Part shown: positions 8,185 to 18,733 of the stretch, one piece after another
How the letters are laid out: every line of letters begins with the position of its first letter
Numbering within the stretch: the first letter of the stretch is position 1
From: Acidimicrobiales bacterium
GTDB lineage: Bacteria; Actinomycetota; Acidimicrobiia; Acidimicrobiales; RAAP-2
Direction: 5' to 3'
DNA: 44,095 nucleotides
NCBI GenBank assembly: GCA_038323435.1
Contig: JBBQGY010000001.1
Span: 1-44,095, forward strand
The notes under the pieces: generated by a model
What the model was told of the DNA's origin: nothing
The model's database searches: none
Seen by the model: the letters and a program-made list of their open reading frames with translations, nothing else
Position numbers and translations under genes: made by a program

Positions 8185-9432
8185 ATGAGTTTCGCTATAG
8201 GTCTTCAATGTCGAGAGTGCGGTGCCACCTACCCATCGGAGGCGCGCTACTCCTGTGAAATGTGTTTTGGACCGCTCGAAGTGTCCTACGACCTCGAGGC
8301 GGCGAAGGGTGTCGTGACGCGCGAGTCAATCGCGAGCGGCCGAAATTCGATGTGGCGCTACGGTCAACTTCTTCCCGATCCGGGTCCAGAGCCAGTCGAT
8401 CTTGGGGCCGGGTGGACGCCACTACGTCGCGCCAGTCGACTCGCCGAGGTTCTCGGGGTGAAGGAACTCTGGCTGAAGGACGACACCCGAAATCCCACCG
8501 GTTCGTTTAAAGACCGCGTCGTCTCGGTGGCACTGTCGAGCGCGCGCCGTCTTGGCTTCACGACCGCCGCCTGCGCGTCAACGGGCAATCTCGCAACCTC
8601 GGTCGCCGCGCACGCCGCCTTTGTTGGTTGGCCGAGCGTCACGATTATCCCCTCGGATCTCGAGAAGTCAAAGATTGCGATGACCGCGATCTTTGGAGGC
8701 ACGGTACTCGGCGTCGAGGGTAACTACGACGACGTGAACCGTCTCTGCGTCGAACTCGTCGCCGAACACCCGGATTGGGCGTTCGTCAACGTGAACTTGC
8801 GTCCCTACTACGCCGAGGGATCCAAGACGCTGGCCTTCGAGATCGCCGAACAATTGGGTTGGCGTGCTCCCGATCAGGTCGTGGTGCCGGTAGCGTCAGG
8901 TAGCCAGCTCATCAAAGTTGCCAAGGGTTTTCACGAGTTCATCCAACTCGGCATCATCGACGGTCCATCTCCGGTCCTCTTTGGAGCTCAGGCAGCGGGA
9001 TGTTCTCCCATCGCCACCGCCTTCGCCCAAGGGGCGCAGTTCATCACGCCACAACGTCCCAACACGATTGCCCGTTCACTCGCAATCGGCAACCCGGCCG
9101 ACGGACCCTACGTCCTCGACGAGCTGCGTCTCAACGGTGGTGACTGTGGTTCCGTCGCGGACCCCGAAATCCTCGAATGTATTGGCTTGCTCGCTGAGAC
9201 CGAAGGCGTGTTCGCAGAGACGGCCGGTGGGGTGACCATTGCGTCGCTGCGTCAACTTCTTCGCAGCGGCTCGATCGACGCCGAGAAGTCGATTGTGGCG
9301 ATCATCTCCGGTCATGGGTTGAAGACACTCGACGCCGTTGTTGATAGCGCGACCGTCAGTTCGACAATTACACCGTCGCTCGAAGCGGCCGAAGAGGCAC
9401 TTCGTTTTCACCAGTTAGTGGCGACGTCATGA
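8185..9432 (+). CDS. thrC: Threonine synthase-like PLP enzyme (possible O-phosphohomoserine sulfhydrylase, MetM-like)
   Basis: N-terminal CRECG..CEMCFGPL, NPTGSFKDR (PLP Lys), ASTGNLA, YYAEGSKT, SLAIGNPADG, ETAGG, GHGLKT. The thrC label is the family name; true function may differ. Confidence 0.85.
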   Translation: MSFAIGLQCRECGATYPSEARYSCEMCFGPLEVSYDLEAAKGVVTRESIASGRNSMWRYGQLLPDPGPEPVDLGAGWTPLRRASRLAEVLGVKELWLKDDTRNPTGSFKDRVVSVALSSARRLGFTTAACASTGNLATSVAAHAAFVGWPSVTIIPSDLEKSKIAMTAIFGGTVLGVEGNYDDVNRLCVELVAEHPDWAFVNVNLRPYYAEGSKTLAFEIAEQLGWRAPDQVVVPVASGSQLIKVAKGFHEFIQLGIIDGPSPVLFGAQAAGCSPIATAFAQGAQFITPQRPNTIARSLAIGNPADGPYVLDELRLNGGDCGSVADPEILECIGLLAETEGVFAETAGGVTIASLRQLLRSGSIDAEKSIVAIISGHGLKTLDAVVDSATVSSTITPSLEAAEEALRFHQLVATS

Positions 9433-9704
9433 GCGTGACCGTTCGTCTCCCCAGCCAACTGCGCACTCTCGTCGGTGGCGTCGGCGAAGTACCGGTCGAG
9501 GCCGAAACCGTTCGCGAGGCCATCGTGGCCGTGGACGCGGCCTATCCGGGCATCGCACTACGCGTCCTCGATGATCGCGGGGCTCTGCGCCGGTTCGTGA
9601 ACGTCTTCGTCGCCGACGAAGACGTCCGATTCCTTGACGGGCTCGACACCGTGCTCGTGGCGGGCCAAACAGTTTCGCTCGTGCCTGCCGTGGCCGGTGG
9701 CTGA
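9429..9704 (+). CDS. MoaD/ThiS/CysO family ubiquitin-like sulfur carrier protein
   Basis: LRRFVNVFV.DEDVRFL.GLDT, C-terminal PAVAGG; ATGA overlap with the upstream gene. Confidence 0.92.
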   Translation: MSVTVRLPSQLRTLVGGVGEVPVEAETVREAIVAVDAAYPGIALRVLDDRGALRRFVNVFVADEDVRFLDGLDTVLVAGQTVSLVPAVAGG

Positions 9705-9710
9705 TCTCAT

Positions 9711-9737
9711 TTAGCACTCACCTCCCTAGACTGCTAA
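9711..9737 (+). promoter_or_regulatory. CIRCE element (HrcA operator) overlapping the groEL promoter
   Basis: TTAGCACTC-ACCTCCCTA-GACTGCTAA vs consensus TTAGCACTC-N9-GAGTGCTAA (1 mismatch); TAATAT -10-like hexamer at 9735-9740. Confidence 0.92.
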
Positions 9738-9743
9738 TATTGA

Positions 9744-11405
<1,662 letters not shown>

Positions 11406-11420
11406 ATCGTCGAGTACGTA

Positions 11421-11466
11421 ACAACGAACAACTGCGGGGCCTGCGGGTCCCGCAGTTGTTCGTTGT
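11421..11466 (+). terminator. Long hairpin terminator after groEL
   Basis: ACAACGAACAACTGCGGGGCC-TGCG-GGTCCCGCAGTTGTTCGTTGT, about 21-bp stem. Confidence 0.85.
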
Positions 11467-11508
11467 GGCGAAGAAACGCTTTCGCGAGGTTCGCCGTAAC
11501 ATTGGTGC

Positions 11509-12195
11509 ATGACACCTCTCGCTCCCGTCGGACCCTCTCGTGGACGTAACGTCGTGCACCTCTTCTGTCATCCCGTGGGAACCGTCGACGCCGGCGCCGT
11601 GCGCAAGGCCGTTGATGACGCGGTTGCGCTGGAGATACAGGTAGTGACTGTCGCGATTCTGGGCGCGAAGGCCGACATCTGCTTCATGCTGCTCGGTGAC
11701 AACCTATGGGACCTTCGGAGTTTCCAGAGCAGAATTCAGGGTGCCGGTTTGCGGGTCGCTGAAAGTTACGTGTCCGTTACCGAGGTCAGTGAGTACGCGT
11801 CGCGAATGCCCGAAAAGATGATGAACGAACGTCTGTATCCGGTGCTACCGCCCGAAGGCATGAAGGCGTTCTGCTTTTATCCGATGTCGAAGCGTCGCGG
11901 TGAGGTTCACAACTGGTACTCGCTGCCCTATGTCGATCGCGAGCGGCTGATGCGCGAACACGGCCTTTCGGGCCGTAAGTTCCGAAACCGGGTCCTCCAG
12001 TTAGTGACCGGTTCAACCGGTCTCGACGACTGGGAGTGGGGCGTCACGCTGTTCGGGGTGATGGTCGATGATCTCAAAGAGTGCGTCTACACGTTGCGCT
12101 ATGACGAAGGCTCGACACTGTACGCCGATTTCGGTCCTTTCTACACCGGGCTGGTGGGCACCGTGGACGAAGTGCTCGACGTCACGTTGCCCTAG
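11509..12195 (+). CDS. hemQ: Coproheme decarboxylase (HemQ/ChdC), chlorite dismutase superfamily
   Basis: FYPMSKRR..NWYSL..LM.EHG..GR..QL.TGSTGLDDWEWGVTLF..RYDE.S..YADFGPFY.G. Confidence 0.85.
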   Translation: MTPLAPVGPSRGRNVVHLFCHPVGTVDAGAVRKAVDDAVALEIQVVTVAILGAKADICFMLLGDNLWDLRSFQSRIQGAGLRVAESYVSVTEVSEYASRMPEKMMNERLYPVLPPEGMKAFCFYPMSKRRGEVHNWYSLPYVDRERLMREHGLSGRKFRNRVLQLVTGSTGLDDWEWGVTLFGVMVDDLKECVYTLRYDEGSTLYADFGPFYTGLVGTVDEVLDVTLP

Positions 12196-12217
12196 TCGAC
12201 GTTGCTAGCGTCTGGCG

Positions 12218-12901
12218 GTGGACTCTGTTTCGGAAAAGACGCTCCTTCGTTGGGCCGAATCGTTGGCGGGTGTCGCTCGCACCGGTCTCGGCTTCACCGA
12301 CAGTCAGTACGAGCGCGAGCGATTTGAAGAGGTCATGAAGATCGCCGGCGACATCAAGGCCGCCGCCGAAAATGGACTCGATGGCGTCCTCGACGCTGAC
12401 GGTCACGTCACCGAATGGATGAAGGACGTTGGTCGTGGGGTACCGGGCTACCAGACTCCGAAAGTCGCTGTTGGCGCGGCGGTCACGAACGAACGCGGCG
12501 AGTTACTGCTCATTCAACGCGCCGACTCGGGCGTCTGGCTCTACCCGACCGGATGGTGTGACGTGGGCTACTCCGCGCCCGAAGTTGTCGTCAAGGAAGT
12601 GCTCGAGGAAACGGGAATAGAGGTCGAACCGGTTCGCCTCATTGGTGTGCTCGACGGCATGCGTCTCGGTGCGTCGCGAATCCCGCTCTACTCGTTGCTC
12701 TTCTTCTGTCGCGCCGTTGGCGGCACCATGAACATCCATCCTCTCGAATGCACCGACGCCGGTTGGTTTACCCGCGACAATCTGCCGTCACCCACTATCG
12801 GTGCCGACCGTTGGGCTGGACCAATCTTCGCCGCGATCGACGGCGAGCATCGTGACGTTTTCTACGACGATCTTCGTCACCCCGTTTGGCGGGGTGATTA
12901 G
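12218..12901 (+). CDS. NUDIX hydrolase with N-terminal helical domain (YjhB-like)
   Basis: ARTGL.F...YERERF, GYQTPKV.V, Nudix box GWCDVGYSAPEVVVKEVLEETG. Confidence 0.88.
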   Translation: MDSVSEKTLLRWAESLAGVARTGLGFTDSQYERERFEEVMKIAGDIKAAAENGLDGVLDADGHVTEWMKDVGRGVPGYQTPKVAVGAAVTNERGELLLIQRADSGVWLYPTGWCDVGYSAPEVVVKEVLEETGIEVEPVRLIGVLDGMRLGASRIPLYSLLFFCRAVGGTMNIHPLECTDAGWFTRDNLPSPTIGADRWAGPIFAAIDGEHRDVFYDDLRHPVWRGD

Positions 12902-13335
12902 TGGCCATCACCGTCACGATGGCAACCCTGGTCACCGACGAACTCGTCGCGAGTCTCAATCACCTACTTCCCCAGCTTTCGACCACTGCTCAACCGTTAA
13001 CGATGTCGTCCGTTAACGACATAGTGAACTCGCCGGCGTCGACGCTATTCCTCGCGACCAATGACGATCAGAACCTCGTGGGGACCTTAACGTTGGTCGC
13101 CTTCGCCATTCCCACGGGACTTCGTGTATGGATTGAGGACGTCGTCGTTGATGAAGCTGGTCGCGGTATGGGAGTCGGCGAGGCGTTAACTATTGCAGCT
13201 ATTAAAGAGGCGTCGCGGCTCGGAGCGCGGTCGATTGACCTTACGAGTCGTCCGTCGCGCGCGGCGGCGAACTCGTTGTATCAGCGGCTCGGGTTCGAGC
13301 CACGCGAGACGAATGTGTTCAGGCTCAGCTTGTAG
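12901..13335 (+). CDS. GNAT N-acetyltransferase
   Basis: WIEDVVVD...RG.GVG, DLTSRPSR.AAN.LYQRLGF..RETNV. Confidence 0.9.
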   Translation: MAITVTMATLVTDELVASLNHLLPQLSTTAQPLTMSSVNDIVNSPASTLFLATNDDQNLVGTLTLVAFAIPTGLRVWIEDVVVDEAGRGMGVGEALTIAAIKEASRLGARSIDLTSRPSRAAANSLYQRLGFEPRETNVFRLSL

Positions 13336-13469
13336 ATACGTTTCGCAGGCCGACTCTGTGATATCGCCGCGAGGACGCTCCCAGAAGTGAATTCAATCGC
13401 GCACCTGTTATAAGTGTGATGAACCAATCGATTTCCCCTCGTCACCGCTGCTTCATTTAGTTTGGTGCG

Positions 13470-14513
13470 GTGAACCTTCTTGGTCAGTCACTTACGAACA
13501 CCTGGGCGCCATTTGTTCTTATTACGGGGCTCGTCTTCATCGGTCACGTCGCCGCGAATGAGGGACTCTTCGCGTATGTGGGTGCGCGATGCGCGCAGTT
13601 GCCAGGCGGCGACGTCGGGCTCTTCGTAGTCACAATGGTGGCCGTCGCTCTGGTGACTGCAATCCTGAACCTCGATACTGCCGTGGTTTTCATGACTCCA
13701 GTCGCTTTGCATGCTGCGCGCACGAGATCGGCTGATGAGACCGCATTCCTTTATGGGACGATCCTTATGACAAACTCCGCCTCGCTCCTACTGATTGGCT
13801 CGAACCTGACGAATTTGCTTGTGTTCGCCAGGCGACCAGTGCAGGGAATCGTTTTCGCGCGCCACATGGTTCTGCCGTGGACTCTCTCAGTTCTCATCAC
13901 GATTCTCGTCGTTGTGATTTGGCGATGGACGTCGCTGCGTCACAAAGGCGAGAGGGACAACGCCGAGGAGTACAGGTTCTCCTGGGGTCCGGGAGTGATC
14001 GCGGTCGTCGTGGCAATAGTGATGATGTTGAGCTTGAGCAACCCCGCTCTACCCGTCGTGGCCCTAGGGGGAATCGTTGAAGGCCACGAGTGGATGGTGA
14101 AGAAACGCGTCGACCCAAGGGGTGTGTTGAAAACAGCGAACCTTGCGATTGTTGCTCCCCTCTTCACACTTGCAGTCTTGGTCGGATGGCTGGGCCGGAG
14201 TTGGACTGGGCCAAGCCATTTGGTGGAGCACGCCAACTCGTTGATGACGGCATTGATCGCCGCTGTGTCATCGGTTGTCATCAACAACCTTCCCGCTGCC
14301 TCCTTATTCGCCGGTCGTCGAATCGCCCATCCTTACGCGCTCTTGCTCGGACTCAATCTCGGACCGAATCTTTTCATGACTGGTGCGATGTCCACGCTTT
14401 TATGGTTTCGCATTGCTCGGGGGAACGGCGCGCAACCGAGTAGTTCACAGTTCATAAAGATCGGAGTTCCGGTTGCCTTGCTGACGATGATCCTCGCCTC
14501 GTTCGTGATCTAA
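13470..14513 (+). CDS. ArsB/NhaD (IT superfamily) membrane permease
   Basis: Multiple TMs; LNLDTAVVFMTPV, NSASLLL.GSNLTNLL, INNLPA, LLGLNLGPNL..TGA.ST.LW. Confidence 0.85.
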   Translation: MNLLGQSLTNTWAPFVLITGLVFIGHVAANEGLFAYVGARCAQLPGGDVGLFVVTMVAVALVTAILNLDTAVVFMTPVALHAARTRSADETAFLYGTILMTNSASLLLIGSNLTNLLVFARRPVQGIVFARHMVLPWTLSVLITILVVVIWRWTSLRHKGERDNAEEYRFSWGPGVIAVVVAIVMMLSLSNPALPVVALGGIVEGHEWMVKKRVDPRGVLKTANLAIVAPLFTLAVLVGWLGRSWTGPSHLVEHANSLMTALIAAVSSVVINNLPAASLFAGRRIAHPYALLLGLNLGPNLFMTGAMSTLLWFRIARGNGAQPSSSQFIKIGVPVALLTMILASFVI

Positions 14514-14531
14514 CCAGCTTTTACCAAAACG

Positions 14532-14554
14532 CGCGAGACAAATGTCTATCGTCT
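14532..14554 (+). repeat. Diverged copy of the 3' end of the GNAT gene (13303-13325)
   Basis: CGCGAGACAAATGTCTATCGTCT vs CGCGAGACGAATGTGTTCAGGCT (17/23 nt); RETNVYRL vs RETNVFRL. Confidence 0.6.
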
Positions 14555-14650
14555 TTTGGTAGAACCTGAGAGCCACCAAGGTGACGGTTCGCTCACAGGC
14601 GCCGAACCGAATCTGCTCATTTTGAACGGCGCACAGGCGTCATTCAACCT

Positions 14651-15229
14651 ATGGTTTTTCTAATGGCGCTTAACCGGATTCTCTCGAGTCTCGGAGTTCG
14701 CCGCCGTCGCCTGGTAGCAATCGGTGCGCTGATCGTGTTACTCGTCATCGCCAGTACATTGTGGGCGGTGGGACGGTCGTCCTCAGGCGACCCTGGAGGC
14801 CAAGTGCTCAATCAATTGGTGCCAGCCGCGACCGCATTACTTGGTTATGGAACCCCACGACTCCCGTGGGTATCGGCCAAAGGCATGTCAGAGGTTGGCG
14901 CATACGGCTCGTACGTGATCAAAATGGAGCCACACACTGACAGTTGCGACGGCATCGCTGGCACGCAGGGATGGTCGGATGCAGTCTTGCAAACTGAATT
15001 TCACTGGCGGGGCACACCTTCATCACTCTTTCTCTACCTGGATCGTCGCCTTAAGGCGATTGGTTGGCATCGATTTCAGATCAAACGCGGCGGGAATCCT
15101 CAGGCGATGTGGTTGTTGTCCTGAGGAGTGGAAAGCAAGCCCGTGCATCGCTCGACCGTTACGCCAAAGTATCCCTGGGAGTTTGTGGCCATTACTCCGC
15201 CAATTGGAAAGATCGCCCGTGGCTGTTGA
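14651..15229 (+). pseudogene. Membrane-anchored/secreted hypothetical protein, probably interrupted by TGA at 15122-15124
   Basis: Basic stretch plus N-terminal TM; the same frame continues after the TGA to YPWEFVAITPPIGKIARGC-stop at 15229. Confidence 0.5.
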
Positions 15230-15455
15230 ATCAAGCGAACTGACCTCCACAATCCGATGAATACTTCCTACCTCGATGGAGGGGCTGCACGGATGCGCGA
15301 CTCACCTATGTCGGTCGCCTTTGCTCATCACAATCGGGGTCACTGTCGTACTTCTCCAGGAGTACCGGCCGACCTCAATCTCACAACAAGGAGTGGCCTA
15401 CAAATATCTTCCGGATTTCGCTTCGCGAGTGATTGTCTCGCGACCGTTGTAAGTC

Positions 15456-15653
15456 GTGAAGGTTCGTCAGCTGGTTTCGGAACTTGAGCGGGACTGCTGG
15501 TATTTCGTCGGTCAAGTTGGCTCCCACCGTCATTTCCGCCATCCGTCAAAGGGAGGAGAAGTTACGGTGCCAGGCGTCGATGGCAAGGAACTGGCAAAAC
15601 CTACCCTCGCTAGTATCGTGAGACAGGCGCAATTAGAGAGGAAGCGGCGATGA
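15456..15653 (+). CDS. hicA: HicA family toxin (mRNA interferase)
   Basis: MKVR.L...LE.D.W....Q.GSHRHFRHP.K.G.VTVPG....L...TL.SI..QA.L; catalytic GSH present. Confidence 0.9.
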   Translation: MKVRQLVSELERDCWYFVGQVGSHRHFRHPSKGGEVTVPGVDGKELAKPTLASIVRQAQLERKRR

Positions 15654-15862
15654 ACGAATACACGATCGTGATCGAAGATGCTGGGCCTAATTACAGCGCG
15701 TACGTCCTCGACTTTGATGGTTGTGTCGCCGTTGGCGACACCATTGAGGAGGTCACGAAGAACATGCATGATGCTATTGCCGCCCACATCGCCTTCATGG
15801 CCGAAGACGGCGACCCAGCGCCACAACCGCTAGGTCTTCGAACGGCGACGATTGCCGTTTGA
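15650..15862 (+). CDS. hicB: HicB family antitoxin (short form, no DNA-binding domain)
   Basis: Y.IVIE....NYSAYV.D..GCVA.GDT.EE....M.DAI..HI; ATGA overlap with hicA. Confidence 0.9.
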   Translation: MNEYTIVIEDAGPNYSAYVLDFDGCVAVGDTIEEVTKNMHDAIAAHIAFMAEDGDPAPQPLGLRTATIAV

Positions 15863-16552
15863 GGCATTCGTCGTACAACCAAAAGGCTCCCCTCAATTGT
15901 CTTCGCCAACGAATTTGAATACGAAACCATCTGCGTTGACGACGTACCCGGCATTTGGGCTTCGCGCAGCTATTGCCAAAGCGCGGTATACGAGCGTCTA
16001 TCGACTCCAGTTGGAGAGTTGACGTCGGTAGCGTCATAGTCTTGCCGGGTGACTGAGGATTACTCCGATACCAACCCGCCGGTTTTTTGCCACAGAGCGC
16101 CGTAGAGACGCTGCGTTTGAGAACGGAACGCCTGACAGGAAAAATTGCCAAGTCACCGATTGATTTCTTCGCAATCCTTCACAACGAATTTAGAGCCTCC
16201 CAGCGGCTGGCGATCGATCACAGATTCGTTGGAAACGAAATTGATGACGTAATGATGTGGCACTCTCGCAACGTCGAGTCCCTGGTGGAGTACTCGGGGC
16301 GACCGCAAAGAGTGGAAAGTCAAAGCTGGGGACTCGTTCAACAGGGGCCATTACGCCGTCGGGACTCCCGATGGCTCCGACCTGTCTGGCACAACACGGT
16401 TGTTCTCGGGTTACCGAGTTGGATCAGCAACCGAAGGGTCGAGGCGAGGGCGTTCTACTTATGGCTTATGCGGCGCCCTTGAGAATTCTCTGTCCCGGCC
16501 AAGAATTGGCAAGGAAAAGTGTTCGGCGCCAATTGGAGGCTTGACTTCTTCA

Positions 16553-16607
16553 CGACCGTTGGGGATCGTGAAGGTTCGTTATCTCATTGGGGAACTCGAG
16601 CGAGATG
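16553..16607 (+). pseudogene. Truncated second hicA 5' fragment with its upstream sequence
   Basis: CGACCGTTG-gggaTCGTGAAGGTTCGT matches 15441 CGACCGTTG-taagTCGTGAAGGTTCGT; VKVRYLIGELERD vs VKVRQLVSELERD, then diverges. Confidence 0.7.
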
Positions 16608-16682
16608 ACTCATTAGGCTCGATTACTGACGGCCGACTGCGTGAGGCCAGGGTATAGCGACAACGAGAGATAGGAGTCCGGC

Positions 16683-17846
16683 GTGCGCGTAATCGTGAGC
16701 ACTACCGGTGGGGTGGGGCACATCTTGCCCGTCATTCCACTCGCTCTTGAGCTGCAGCGCCAGGGTCACGATGTCATCTGGGCCACAGCACAAGGATCAT
16801 GTTCAATTATCGAAGGCATGGGCATTACAACGAGTCCAGCGGGTCTTATGCCGATGGAGCGCAGTAAACGCTTCTTCGCGAACTACCCCAACGCCTTCGC
16901 TGTCCCACCACTTGAGCGCCGACCCGTGGCGTTCGCGGGCCTTTTCGCCATGACGGCAGCTCCGGTAATGATCGACGCCCTCGTTCCCTTGTTCGACGAG
17001 TTCAGGCCCGATCTCGTCGTGCGAGAAACCTCAGAGTTTGCCTCCACGCCTCTCGCGACGTCCAAGGACGTTCCGACCGTCGTGGTCGCATTCAGCGGAG
17101 AATTGCCGGACAAGGTCCTCGCCGCGGGTGTGGCGGCGGCTGCGCCACTGTGGTCACGCTTCGGACTTGATGTCCCGCGCGACCTCGGCATGTACGCGAC
17201 CGCCTATCTTCATCCATTCGCCCCTCCGCTGGGCCAACGACCCCTTGGCGCGACCGTCCTCGACATGGCGCCACTCATTGTCGATGGCAGCCCGAGTGAT
17301 CGCCCGGAGTGGTTGGGGTCCATCGGGACTGAGCGCCCTTTCATCTACGCAACGTACGGCACGGAAAATGGTCCGCAAGCTCCCTGGGAGGCGATCGTCG
17401 GCGGGCTCGCGGCGGTGGATGTCGACGCGGTCGTGACGGTCGGTCGCGGCGTCGATCTCGATCCTCTGCGTTCGATGCTCGCAGACCTTCTGCCAGGTCG
17501 GGTCAGGATTGAGCACTACGTCCCTCAGGCCATTCTGATGGAGCGCGCAACTGTCGTGATCTCGCACGGTGGCGCGGGAACCATGCTGGCCGCCGGGGTC
17601 GCGGGCGTGCCCCAGATCGTGATACCCGTTGGCGCGGATCAGTTCGAGAACACTGACGCGTTCGTTGGTGCAGGGGTGGCGGTGGCGATCGGACATAGTG
17701 AGGTCGATGCCACCGCCATTGCCAATCGACTGAAGTTGTTACTTGGCGACGGAGACTTTGGACACCGCAGTCGGGCGCTTGCTCGCGCCTTCGGTGAGAT
17801 GCCCAGTCCCGAGTCGATTGCGAACCGTCTCGTCGAGCTCGTTTAG
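16683..17846 (+). CDS. Family 1 (GT-B) glycosyltransferase
   Basis: GHILP..P.A..L...GHDV, PDLVV.E, YVPQ..L...VISHGGAGT, GVPQ..IP.GADQF.N; AGGAG RBS. Confidence 0.9.
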   Translation: MRVIVSTTGGVGHILPVIPLALELQRQGHDVIWATAQGSCSIIEGMGITTSPAGLMPMERSKRFFANYPNAFAVPPLERRPVAFAGLFAMTAAPVMIDALVPLFDEFRPDLVVRETSEFASTPLATSKDVPTVVVAFSGELPDKVLAAGVAAAAPLWSRFGLDVPRDLGMYATAYLHPFAPPLGQRPLGATVLDMAPLIVDGSPSDRPEWLGSIGTERPFIYATYGTENGPQAPWEAIVGGLAAVDVDAVVTVGRGVDLDPLRSMLADLLPGRVRIEHYVPQAILMERATVVISHGGAGTMLAAGVAGVPQIVIPVGADQFENTDAFVGAGVAVAIGHSEVDATAIANRLKLLLGDGDFGHRSRALARAFGEMPSPESIANRLVELV

Positions 17847-17986
17847 CGGTTACTACATCTTCGTTGGTGTCGAGCCCCACGTCGGACTGCGGCACTTTGT
17901 TCGTCGATTGCAGATAACGCAGGATTGGACAAAGAGTACACATTGGTCGGAGTGACTGATTCGGGTGCGGTCGCTAATATCCCCAC

Positions 17987-18553
17987 GTGACCGACATCAT
18001 CTCCACCGAGCGCCTACTACCGCGACGTTGGACTGAGCATGATGTTGAACCATTCGCGGAGATGAATGCCGATCCGATGGTGATGCGGTTCTTCCCATCG
18101 GTCCTGTCCCTCGAACAATCCGGTGCACTATGCCAGAAGATTGAGTCGCAATTTGGCGAGCGAGGTTATGGGCTTTGGGTGATTGACGTCGACGGCAGGT
18201 TTGCCGGATTTACCGGGCTCAAAGAAACGAAATTTGAGACACCCATGGGTCCGCACATTGAGATTGGCTGGCGTTTGGCCCGATGGTCCTGGGGCAATGG
18301 CTACGCCACAGAAGCGGCGACCGCTGTCACCAGAGTGGGATTTGAAGTGCACGACCTACCCGAGATCTTCTCGTTCACCACTCGGACAAATGTGCGCAGC
18401 GAAGCGGTCATGCGCCGGATAGGAATGCACCGTCGCGCAGATCTTGACTTTGATGATCCCAAAACGCCAGGTTGGTGGGGTCAAGATCACATTGTCTATC
18501 AACTCACGTCCGGTCAGTGGCGCGAGTCGGTCGGTGTCACCTCGAAAAGTTGA
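17987..18553 (+). CDS. GNAT acetyltransferase, RimJ/RimL-like
   Basis: TERL, MNADP.VMRFFP, EIGWRL...WG.GYATEAA, N.RS.AVM.RIGM. Confidence 0.9.
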   Translation: MTDIISTERLLPRRWTEHDVEPFAEMNADPMVMRFFPSVLSLEQSGALCQKIESQFGERGYGLWVIDVDGRFAGFTGLKETKFETPMGPHIEIGWRLARWSWGNGYATEAATAVTRVGFEVHDLPEIFSFTTRTNVRSEAVMRRIGMHRRADLDFDDPKTPGWWGQDHIVYQLTSGQWRESVGVTSKS

Positions 18554-18733
18554 AGCGCCGTGACTCGCCTGCTTCACGACCACAAGAATTGAGACGATGC
18601 AGCCCAAGGTGAGTGTCCACTATTGAAGGGCGGCGTTGCCAATGAAGTCGCCACGCCCGTCCAATGGCTCTTATCACGAGAGCACGAGATCGCAAACGAG
18701 CGTCAGTACTTTTACATCTGGAATAATCGTCTC

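Noticed and set aside
15122-15124. Selenocysteine readthrough of the in-frame TGA
   Set aside because: No redox motif context or convincing SECIS hairpin; decay or frameshift is simpler.
18623-18700. SDR C-terminus-like relic (GGVANEVATPVQWLLS)
   Set aside because: Too short to support without a search.
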